Assembly: GCA_002104905.1 (NCBI GenBank)
Contig: MCFE01000383.1
Coordinates: forward strand, 19,891 to 83,890
Length of the DNA: 64,000 nt
Source: Basidiobolus meristosporus CBS 931.73
Lineage: Eukaryota > Fungi > Basidiobolomycota
Reading direction: 5' to 3'
Both the position numbers and the translations under genes were made by a program. Positions 52,675 to 63,152 of the stretch are shown one piece after another; position 1 is the stretch's first letter; each line of letters begins with the position of its first letter. The notes below the pieces were generated by a model that saw nothing but the letters and a program-made list of their open reading frames with translations, did no database searches and was not told the origin of the DNA.

Positions 52675-55483
52675 CTAATCACTAGCAAGAGTTCCTCGAT
52701 AACCAAGCATTGTAAATACCCCTATAATATGCTGAAATTGTAGCCATTACTCCATTTTTGTTGGAATTATATTAGTCGTCGTTGACAATACAGATGTCAA
52801 AAGTCGTACGCAATAAATGAATACTTTGAGAATTTGACTTGAATGAAATGTTGTCTTGGAGATCTAAAAGCCATGAATAGTTTGGTGCATTAGAATTACT
52901 TACAGTTTGAGTTTATTACGCGTATGTTTAACTGCTGAATTATATAATTCCATAAGATTGACAAGGATTGAAGGTGGCAGTGATATACACACAACAGCCA
53001 AGAAACTAATGGTCCACCATCTACATAAGAGCAGCGGTGCTGTGCTTCAAGAAATAGCCGTGTCTAACCGCAAATAATAATATGCTATTACAACCTGACC
53101 ATGTTGCCAAATTGCGTGATATTTTAGTAAACAAAGTTAGGATACATATGTCTTGGTTACATACATACAAAAATCAAGTTGTCATACCATGTTACACTAG
53201 ATCTCTATGCACCAGTAGAGAATATAGCTATGATCATTAGCAATATTATTGCGAGAACTTAAGGCTGTTAAAGATTTGGGGAAATCGTTAAGTTAGCAAC
53301 GGAGTAATAAAAACCAAGAGTACTAGAGCATTCAGAGGTTGGCAAGCCTGAGTGGAGAGTCATCAGTAGCCGCTATGATAAAGTTCGACTTGAAATTAAG
53401 AAGTCATAGATTTTGATTGATATTGTCAGAAAACTGTGATCGTAATCAACCACGAATGTCATTTTGCAATCAATACTTGTGATTCTTGGCTGTTTCTCGA
53501 GATATTTAGTATTTGTTGGAAAACAAAGACTGAGAGTGTACTATATACGTAGCCCTGTACAGTTGTAACGTACTAAACCACAGATGCACCATATTTATAG
53601 GAAAATAACGGTTGTTTGGCACATGGCTCATTGGCTTAGGCTACCTCGGAGTCACCGAGTGAGGTAGCGGAAATTGCTTGCAAAGAAGCGATGGCGGAAG
53701 CTAGTACGAGGGGGAAAGCTGCGTGACTGGCTTGTGGAGTTTCATTTGAAATTCCATTTTATATCAGCTTCTCAATGCCGTTCAATTAGGCATCGCTCAT
53801 AGCACTATCTTTATGCGAGCTACATTGATTTAATCTGGGTGCCCAATAGTTTACTACTTTGCCTCTTCGCACCAAGGCTACACAGTGTAGGATTCACATG
53901 TGATAATTAACAACTTGTTAATGTAAATTTATGATCACGATTTGGTCAATAGTACCCTTAATATCGTTCAAAATTCTCAATTTTTGCAGCAACTGTTCAT
54001 ACTAGTAAGCTAATCCAAAGCAGTTTAGCTAGGGCTTTGCTAACTGTTTACTAATGGAAAGTAGTCCCTGAGCTTACAAATCACTGTCGATAGACTCCGA
54101 TGCCACTACGGTTGATTTCAATGGGTCGTGACTCTCTATTCGTATCAGTGTGGCTTGCTTGGATGATACTTTGGCCACACGAATTAACATTTCTTGTGAG
54201 CTTAACATGCACGCCTTTCGGTATCTTTGTTCCATTGTCAAGCCGAGTGTATCTTACGGCAGTCCTATAATTGCTTGGAAGGTGCGATCTTTGAGAAATA
54301 CAGGCCATCGATGGCGTTGGTAATTCAAGTTTATTACGCTTGCTTGCTAGACACCTGCTCTTATATATTGCTGACTTTGACAGCCGGAGAACAGCGTCTG
54401 ATTCAAGCTCAGCCACCCACTACCACAGTCATGCCTCAGGACGGATATATTAAATTAACCTGTTATTACATGAACTTTGTTGTTGCTACGCATGAGTTTT
54501 CAATTGGTTATCTGTTGAGAAACAAGTCAAATGTGGTTGTTCACTTTATTCATGTTGCGCGATAGCTATGCTACTACAATCAGTAGCTTAGATGTTTGCG
54601 GATATGTCATGACCTGTGGACCCCGAGGTTCCTATGGTTGAATTCTCCTGAGTCTGATTTTCCGTTTTTATCAGTGTAGCCTGCCTGAATGAAGGAATTG
54701 GCATCTTCGGTGAGCTTGATATGTGAACCTCCTGGAATTTTGAGTGCAAGCAGTATCTAGTGAAAATTTCGGGTACTGAGTCAAAGTTTCCGAGCTCGTC
54801 TAGAGCTTGCTGGCGTTCGTTACTTGGGAAATTATCAATAATTTTATCCCGTACTCTTTTGATGTCCTTCAATAACTTATCCTTAGCCGGTTACGTCTTT
54901 TATTCAACAAATAATAGACTTTTCTGTAATCAATTTGCTGGTGAGACCTGTTTTGTTGAAATAGCTTTGGGAATAACCATGAGGCTATCTGTCTTAAGTC
55001 ATCAATCTTTGTCAGTGGCCTTCGCTTAAATCCATTTTTCAAGAGGAATACCACGCATTATTGCATAAATCCCGTTTTAATGGATGTCAATTTTTTGGCA
55101 TATAAATAAAACTACCAAGAACTGGGAGCTACGCAAAACATACCACTGCGCATTATTTATCTGTACCAAATGGGCGCGTTTCTGGCTGAAACTGTTCTCT
55201 TTTTTTTTAAAAAAACAATGTATGCAATCTAGATATAGGGAAACTAATATGAGAAATATGGCTTAGGCAAGACAGTCATTAATGGGCTAAATCTTTGTTC
55301 CGTTTGTAAATTTTGTAATTACACCCAAATGTTCCATTAACTTGGTTACTAAGTGCATAGCCTGCAAATCACCAGGGTATCTAATATAGTGGCAAAATAT
55401 TCCATGTAAACCCAAACATGAAACTTAGCCAAAGTACTCTAAGCTGTCCAAAAGTCCCCCAAACTTTGTCTACATGTACTTGG

Positions 55484-56140
55484 TGTTGTAGGAGTGTTGG
55501 AGATACTGGAAGTGATTGGGAGAACAAGTAGATTATGTTGTTTTCACTCATAGATTTAATAAAGGTAAAAGTAGTTTTTCTATTACTACATGGCCTTGGA
55601 AGAACAAACTTGTAGAATAGGCTTAGCAAGGTCCCAAAGAGTATGTGTGCAAAGTTTGGGGCTGTTTAAACAACTTCAAGAAATCTCATGTTCTGGATAC
55701 CTGATGTGTTAGTGAAAATGCTGTGAGTAAATCTTAACAAGGAACTTAGGCAGCATCCTCTAAGATTTGTAGGTAATGATATAAGTGACTAAGCCTGGTA
55801 GATTGTTAGGTGCAAGTACAAGCTTTTACAACACTCCCACTTAGCAAAATATTCATATGCAATAGCCTTAACTGAGGTATAAGATATTCAAGTTTATCTC
55901 TAGTTAATAGTTTAGTAAGTATGTCTGCAGTCATTTCATCTATAGGACAGTAAACTAATATAACTAAGCTATACTCCACAGCTTGCCATATGATATGATG
56001 TCTAATTTCTGTATGCTTAGTTCTAGCATGAAAAGTTGGATTTCTACATAGTTGTGTACATCCTTGATTATCTCAAAATAATGTAGTGGGCTTATTATAT
56101 AAGCCACATTCATGGAAAGATTTCTTAACCACAGGGCTTC
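55484..56140 (-). mobile_element. 3' end of a copia element (LTR 55484-55833, PPT, RNase H end), truncated near 56140
   Basis: TGTTG...CAACA LTR of the 12645 family; minus-strand AGTGGGAG PPT; NPTFHARTKHTEIRHH and CPIDEMTADILTK. Confidence 0.8.
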
Positions 56141-56145
56141 TTTTG

Positions 56146-56635
56146 TAAGGGCAGGAAAGTCACCAAGGGAGGTAAAATCTTTGTTGGTATTCAGTTATGT
56201 CAAATAACAAATAAACACACCAGCTGGGAATATAATTTTCCCACAGCAAACACTAAGCTGAAAAAAAATAAATCTAAGCTCAAGTTAAGGCAGTATTGCA
56301 GAGTACAATGGAGCTCAGGTTAACAGGAGAGTAAAGTAGATAAACCTAAATATATAATACTCCTTCAGGATGTAGGTCACAGCAGGTGAAGGGGTATTTC
56401 TGATAAGTGAAGTAAGTCTTGAAGGTAAAGATACATCCAACAAGCAGGGCTTGTAAACTGGAGAATCAGGAAACTCTTTAAAGGCATGTTCAATAATCTC
56501 CCAGTAAACTGGTCAAAAACATTTTGATGGAGCTGCTTGGCGATAATCTTGTCAAGTAATATCTCCATCATGTGATTGTTGATAAATCTCATGTTAACAA
56601 TCATGGAAAGGTTGCAATCCTGTTGCTTGAGATAC
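56146..56635 (-). mobile_element. Fossil copy of telomeric ORF1 module A
   Basis: Starts with the degenerate shared signal TAAGGGCAGGAAAGTCACCAAGGGAGGTAAAATCTTTGTT and aligns with 62370-62860 (IVNMRFINNH..EILLDK..AKQ..QNV.DQF). Confidence 0.85.
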
Positions 56636-56654
56636 TTGGAGTAAGGGTTAGGGG

Positions 56655-59308
56655 TTTATATTCTTATACAGAAATGAATAAAGCTTTGTGGTACCAAATT
56701 CAGCTTGCTTTAAGTCAAATTGCACAAATAGTGCAAATTGTACAAAGAACTATGTCTATAGTAAAGTGAAAATAAAAATACTGCTAAAAATGTGTAGAGT
56801 TGATTAGGAACTTGTCAACAAATTATGATAGAAAATAAAACAGAGCTAGTAGTTGTAAGAAAGAAAGGCACCAAGAGAAGGTGTCAAGGTATACTGCTGC
56901 TTCCTGGGAGCCAGTGACCTTGCAAGAAGGCAGAAGCTCTGGTCTGATTGTAGATATGATAGCACAAAGCCTCTGGATGAGCTCCATTCATTTGAGGAAT
57001 TAGAGAAAACATTGCATATCCTTGAACTCAAAGCAGCTCTCAACATGAGAGTAGTGAAAGTGCTTCCTACTGTTGGGGAATTTGGAGCCCAAGCAAAGTG
57101 CTTTTATTTGCCACCTTATGGCCTGGAAGACAAAGAAGGACCTCCTGATGTAAAGGGATATGTGTCCTTCACTAAGTTAGTGTCTACTCTCATAGGGGAT
57201 AAGTCCAACTCTGTCATTTAGGTAGTGACTCTTGAGATATACTCCAGATGCCTTTTGTGCATTGCTACAGAGAGAAGTATTTGCTCTCTAGGTGGCTTGG
57301 TGCTATTGGAGACCAAATAAGATCTAAACCCATCAGAAAGTGCATCCTCTTTGTCCCCTAGACTTTGAGGTAGTTTTGACCAAATTATTAGCAATCTTAA
57401 TGATTCATATCTACAAAGGACTATTGGGCAATGCTTTTACATTGTGCTGCCCAACCCCAATACCTAATGTCTCAGATCTGAATAGTGCAGCAACTATACC
57501 AATCTGACTACACATATGCCTTGGATATTACCTAAAATGGCAGTCAGAAGCATCAACCTCCCAGCTAATATCTTCTTGTTACAGAGCTTGTAAACAGGTA
57601 GTAAGGTCAGGATCAGTAGCCAAGCATATCATAGCAGCAGTATACTCCCAACATAGACACATAAGGGCCCTGAATAGCTGTAACTTAATCACAGAATATC
57701 TTCTAGCCCCTTTGAGCTGTAGAAATTTCAAAGTGGCAGAAGCCCTTTGAATACATTTTTCAGTGTAAGCTGCTCAAGAAATCTCACTTTGATAAGTTGA
57801 GGGTCCAGTGTAGTTGTAGAAGAAAGGTTGAGGCAAAGGTAAGTTATAGAAGGAAATATTTCACACCAGCCTTGATCCAATGTATGCTAATTTAGCAGTA
57901 CTTACTTCCATACCATTGGCAGTATAAGATAGTCTGCTTTACTCAGAAAACAATAAGCTTCAGCAATTGAATATCATCAGCAAATAGCAGTGCAGTAGGC
58001 ACAGAAGCTCATAAGTCATTTATACAGAGAATATCTGCCAGATCATCAATGTAGACATTGAGCAGAACTGGTGAAAGAAACAATCCCTAGCCCCCTCAGC
58101 CTGCAGAATGAAGACAAGATTAAACCATAGACACTGATAGTGGAATAACAAGCTAAGAAAGATGAGTGTGCAATCTCAAGAAACTGATTGGATGCATGCT
58201 TGTTCTTACGCTTCTTTGGGATTTTGAGGATCACCACCATATCAGTACCTGTTTCAGGTCAACAAAGAGTCTGCGTTTTCCTGCTTCATGACCTGATATG
58301 TAAAATACCACATTATATACTACTCAATGTGCTACAGTAGAGTAGCCTCCCTGAAGCCAGCTAGTGCAGGATGAAACTGGGCTAAGGGAGAATTACTAAT
58401 GCAGTGTAATAAGGGAGGCTTCAACTATTCTTTGCACATTGGTGACAAGGCAATAGGCCTGTGGTTATCAATGAATGAAGAATTGGACTTCTTTGGCAAA
58501 GGATGAATGTGACAATAATACCAGTTTCAAGGAGTAAATGCAAGCCTGAGGTGATTACAAAAGAAAGTTTTTAAATCATCTATGATAGCTTCATTTCTAG
58601 CAAAAGCCTTGAGAATATATACATGGAGAGGGCCCAGATCAGATGATTTGGGGGAGGGATACTTGCTGATTATCAGAAGAGGAGACCTGATAGCAAACCA
58701 CTCACTATTAGGGAGGGTATTATGCATAAAGGACCCAAATGCTAAAACCCAGCCAACTCAATGGTAGTGAGGAGGTGGGTATGAATATACTTCTTGAAAG
58801 TGCTTAGGTGCATCATCCACAGCAAGGATACTAAGATGTTTAGAGCTGATTACTACTTTGACCTGGGCTACCCTCTGAGCTTGCTTGAATATCACAGCAG
58901 CCTACTAGACAGCTGAGGCAGAGTGTAGTCTTCAAAGGGGGTCATGTCTTCTAGGACCAGGTTTGGTGGGATGAGCTTAGAGAGTTTCCAAGTAAACTTT
59001 GCATTTGATCAATACCCCAGAGTGAAAAGTAGTATAGGCAGGGCCAATGGCAGCACAGATAGCTCCTATAGGAGAGTTGGATGTAGGAACTTCCTTATGT
59101 CTCTAGGAAGTTTGCTGCTGTGTTACCCCAAAGAGCACTGGCTGCCGATGACCTACAGAACATTTGGCTTCTTAAGTGACTGAAGTTGCAGCTTGAGTGA
59201 GGCAGAAACAGAAATATTCTGCATGCTAGAAAAAGAATAGGCCATTGACACCATACCAGCAATGAATATAGAGTCTGACTAACTACACATTATATAAAAC
59301 TCAAGGTG
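56655..59308 (-). mobile_element. Degenerate non-LTR (LINE) element, module D, bounded by telomere-like junctions
   Basis: IDNHRPIAL (~58455), HPA.AGFR (~58355), *GLFLSPVLLNVYIDDLA (~58040-58090), LLFADDI (~57975) and GHWLPG (~56905). GGGTTAGGGG at 56645-56654 and TTAGGGGG at 59309. Confidence 0.8.
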
Positions 59309-59835
59309 TTAGGGGGAGGAAAGTCACCAAGTGGTGAAATCTTTATTTACTTATGACAAGTATCTAAAGAAGCCAAGTTAATCTGAAGTAATTCCTAGAA
59401 AGCTAGGTCTGAGAGATATCTTCCTGGTAAGCCAGGTCTGAGAGTTGAGAAGCTGAGTGGTACTATATTTCCTAGTTAGCTAGGTCTGAGAGAGGTTTCC
59501 TGGAAAGCCAGGCCTGAGAAGTGAGAATCTGAGTATATCTGAGGTGAGTTGTACTGATTTGCGGTAGCTTGTTTGTGGCCAGAATGGCCAGTAGACTGGG
59601 GGAACTGAGGGGTATTTCTGGGCGATCACTGGCCAAATTTACTAGGCAAATTTGACCAATTAGCATTTCAAGGATTTCAGCCAATCAGAGCCTTTACTTG
59701 GCCCGATGGTTGATCAAGCCATCTCCCAATGAGCACACATCAATTTATTGATCAAATTTTGTTGGATCCAGGATTTGAACCCACAACCATGGGTATGGAA
59801 GGGTTAGGGATAACCACAAGGCTAAGTGTTCTTGG
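59309..59835 (-). ncRNA. Module B copy 1: 527-bp tRNA-headed, SINE-like structured non-coding element
   Basis: A-box TAGCCTTGTGG (59814-59824) and B-box GGTTCAAATCC (59771-59781); multiple hairpins; shared 3' signal; no convincing ORF. Confidence 0.75.
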
Positions 59836-60363
59836 TTAGGGGGGAGGAAATTCACCAAGTGGTGAAATCTTTATTTACTTATGACAAGTATCTAAAGAAG
59901 CCAAGTTAATCTGAAGTAATTCCTAGAAAGCTAGGTCTGAGAGATATCTTCCTGGTAAGCCAGGTCTGAGAGTTGAGAAGCTGAGTGGTACTATATTTCC
60001 TAGTTAGCTAGGTCTGAGAGAGGTTTCCTGGAAAGCCAGGCCTGAGAAGTGAGAATCTGAATATATCTGAGCTAAGTTATACTGGTTTGCGGTAGCTGAA
60101 TTGTGGCTGGAATGGCCAGTAGACTGGGGGAACTGAGATGAATTTCTGGGCAATCACTGGCCAAATTTACTAGGCAAATCTGGCCAATTAGCATTTCAAG
60201 GATTTCAGCCAATCAGAGCCTTTACTTTGCCCGATGGTTGATCAAGCCATCTCCCAATGAGCACACATCAATTTATTAATCAAATTTTGTTGGATCCAGG
60301 ATTTGAACCCACAACCATAAGTATGGAAGGGTTAGGGATAACCACAAGGCTAAGTGTTCTTGG
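59836..60363 (-). ncRNA. Module B copy 2 (528 bp)
   Basis: Tandem copy with the same two ends; A-box 60342-60352, B-box 60299-60309. Confidence 0.75.
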
Positions 60364-62369
60364 TTAGGGGGGAGACAGTCACCGACAGGTGAAATCTTTA
60401 TTTCAGTTGAAACAAAGAAGCCAGCGCTACTGTTGTAGCTTTGATACAAGAGTGTGTAGCTGAGGGGAATTTGTAGGTAAGTTAATAAGAAGTGATGATA
60501 GTTCTTCAGTGCTCAAGACACTGTTCAGTGGGAAGGGGGGTAGCAAGAGAGGTAAGAATGACTTGTGAACAACATTAATGAGGGGAATATGATATGGATT
60601 GATATTCATCATAAAGGGAGTGTGCTGCTGCAGATATTGCTGCCAAAGGTCTGTCAAGTACTTCAGGTAGGCCAGCTTGGGTTCTTCTGACTGCAGAATA
60701 TAGTGAGCAAACTTCTTGACTTCAGGATCTCCAAGTATAGTTCTCCAGCAGGAGCCAGGTGTTGTGTGGTGTGTTCTCTTCCAGGCCTTAATCAGTGGGT
60801 TGTTGCAGTTGTGAAGTCTGAGGTATAATCTGGTTCTAAGGTAGAGAAGTCTGATCTTATAGGGCATAAACCCAAAAGCACCAAGAATAGCATGTCTGTA
60901 GGGGCATTCAGGCAAATGAGGCACCAAGGAGGTAATGCACCATACTGCAAACTTGTCAAGCTTAGTGCAGTCTCTAGAAGTAAGAGAGAGAAGTGGTAAG
61001 CCAAATTCCAGGACAGGGAAGACAAACTGCTTGAGTAGAAGGAGGCAGCTGGGAGCTGAAGTTGTAGGAGGAGTAACAGCCAGTAGCTTGTGGAGTGCCT
61101 GTCTTGCCAGGATAATTCTCTTCTTCAGGTGTGCTCCAGAGTCTAGTCCAGTAGGAAGGAAAGGAAAGCCAAGATATGTAGCAGAAACCTGCGCAGGTAG
61201 AGTGGAGTTCTCCAAGTTGATGGGAGAGCCCAAAGGTACTGTCTTTGCAATGGAAAGCTGGAGATTATTCTTCTGCAGATACTGGTGGATGGTCTGGGAG
61301 TCTTGTTGCACATTGGAGGAGGATATTCTGATGTCATCAGCAAAGAGAGTAACCAGGCAGTCAGCTGAGAGTCTTGGGAAATCATTCAAGAAGATGGCAA
61401 ACAGTATAGGACCAAGCACAGAGCCTTGAACCACTCCATTAGGAACTGAGAACACAGCTGATTGGTCACTTGGGTGCAGAATTCTTGCTTGTGGATCCAG
61501 AAACAGAGACCTGACAAGGAGGGTGAGAGAGGTACTGGAGAAGCATTGCAACTTGGACCAAAGCAGATTTCTGTCAACTGAATCAAAGGCCTTAGTGATA
61601 TCAAACAGAACAGAGGGATACTTGCACTGGAGAGAGTGATCTTGGCTAAGTATGACTGCATATTCCAAGGAGAGGCCAGGAACAAAGCCAAACTGTGCAG
61701 GATGAAACTTGAGAGAGTCAGAGTAGAGCTCCTGAGCAAGCAGAAGCTCAAACACCTTTCTGCAGGTGGGCAGCAGAGATATTGGCCTGTAGGAGCTAGG
61801 ATCCAGGTGCTTTCCTTTACCCTTGTACAGTGGCAGAACATTTGCAAAGGACCATTCCTCAGGAGTAGAAAGCTGGGCTGAGCATTACTGAAACAGTGGA
61901 AGCAGAAGTGCAGACATGGCCTTGGTACTAGTCTTCAGAAGCTCATAGGAGATTGTGTCCACACCTGGAGCAGTAAAGTTGGGAAGCCTCTTGAGCACAT
62001 TATGGATTCTCCTTTGATCAAGTGCAAGTGGGATGGGCAGAGTCTGGAAGTCAGGATGAAAGCCAGGAGTTGAGTACTGCTTTGTAGAGAAGAAGATGTT
62101 AGCCAGCTGTTCTGTTGAAGGTAACTTCCTGGAAGAGGGCCTCATTGCCCTGTAGAGTCTTGATACTGTTCTTGTTATAGAGTTGGAAGATTGCAGAGGC
62201 AAAGAACTCATAATATGAACCCAGAGCTGAGTATGCAGAGTGTGGTGAATTGCCTTGGAGTGGTGTATTGCTGTCAGGAGGAGTTTCTCTGTTTTTGGGT
62301 TAGGGAAACTCAGGTAGCTTTGTTGCAGGGCTGAAACAATGGATTCCCATTTTCATGAGGTAACAGGGG
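60364..62369 (-). mobile_element. Module C: non-LTR (LINE-type) reverse transcriptase with no endonuclease domain in this copy
   Basis: APGVDTISYELLK, W..ANVLPLYKGKG, SYRPISLL, HPAQFGF, FDITKAFDSVDR, GVVQGSVLGPILF, LFADD and TYLGF. Frame open from about 62352 to the stop at 60427 except one TAA (61885-61887). Confidence 0.92.
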
Positions 62370-63152
62370 TTAGGGGAGGGAAAGTCACCAAAGTAGGTGA
62401 AATCTTTATTTGATTTCAGACAAGTCTAACTACAAATAAAGAAGACAGCTGGGAATAGAAGATTCCCAAAGTAAACACTAAGATGAATATGAATAAATCT
62501 AAGCTAAAGTTAAGGCAGTATCCCAGAGTACACTGGAGTTCAGGTTCATGGGGGAGTGAAGTAGATAAGCTTGAGAGATATAATAATCTTTTAAGAAGTG
62601 GGTAACAGCAGGTGAAGGGGAGTTTTTGATAAGTGAAGTGAATCTTGAGATCAGAGATTCCTCTAATGAGAAGGTCTTGTAAACTGGAGAATCAGGAAAC
62701 TCTTTAAAGGCATGGTCAGTAGGTTCCCAGTAAAACTGGTCAGAGACATTTTGAGAGAATTGTTTAGCAATACTTTTGTCAAGTACTACCTCCAGAGTGT
62801 GATGGTTGATAAATCTCATGTTGACAATCTTGGATAAGTTGTAACCTTGTTGCTTGAGATACATCCTATGCTCAGATATAGGAATAAACTCCACATTGGC
62901 AAAGTAGCAGACAGCCCAGTCAGTAGCAGGAGGCAAATCAGAAGTGGCAGGAAACTTTCTTTTGGTCTTGGGAGGAGCAGCAGGATATCTTGAGGAAGCA
63001 GGAACAGACTTTTTGACAACTTCAGAGTAGGAAGAGTGAGCAGGAGCAGATGATTCTTGGGGAGTCTTGTTGGCAGGAAGAGTTGGCTCAGGGACAATAG
63101 ATTCTTGCAGATCAGAGAAGGCAGAAAAGAGCTTTTGAACTTGTTTCTTGAG
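62370..63152 (-). mobile_element. Module A: 5'-truncated ORF1/gag-like coding module
   Basis: Frame open from 63152 to the stop at 62499: heptad-like LKKQVQKLFSAFSDLQ, SYSEVVKK, Pro/Lys-rich linker, then VCYFANV..RMYLKQQGYNLSKIVNMRFINHHTLEVVLD. It carries its own copy of the 3' signal. Confidence 0.75.

Noticed and set aside
53641-53667. Hairpin CTACCTCGG-AGTCA-CCGAG-T-GAGGTAG in a CpG-rich patch
   Set aside because: Single occurrence, no recognisable ncRNA or Helitron end; not enough support.
54588-55054. Minus-strand ORF pieces (MKDIKRVRDK..., LRQIASWLFPK...)
   Set aside because: Short, interrupted and unrecognised; cannot be called.
59392-59520. Hammerhead ribozyme (CTGAGA next to hairpins and GAAA on the + strand)
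   Set aside because: The core is CTGAGAG rather than CUGANGA, stem II lacks the closing G-C, no stem III partner exists, and it is on the antisense strand.
59760-59835. Functional tRNA gene in module B
   Set aside because: Acceptor, D and anticodon stems do not pair; only the promoter boxes are retained.
59309-60363. CRISPR-like array or plain satellite
   Set aside because: Units are 528 bp with no unique spacers, the context is eukaryotic, and the same terminus occurs on unrelated modules.
60935-61847. ORFs 60935-61429 (+), 61386-61847 (-) and 61636-61881 (+)
   Set aside because: Alternative frames overlapping the RT; no independent evidence.
60427-62211. Penelope-like (Athena/Coprina) or telomerase RT
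   Set aside because: The motifs (YRPISLL, QFGF, KAFDSV, QGSVLGP, FADD) are LINE-type, not PLE or TERT.
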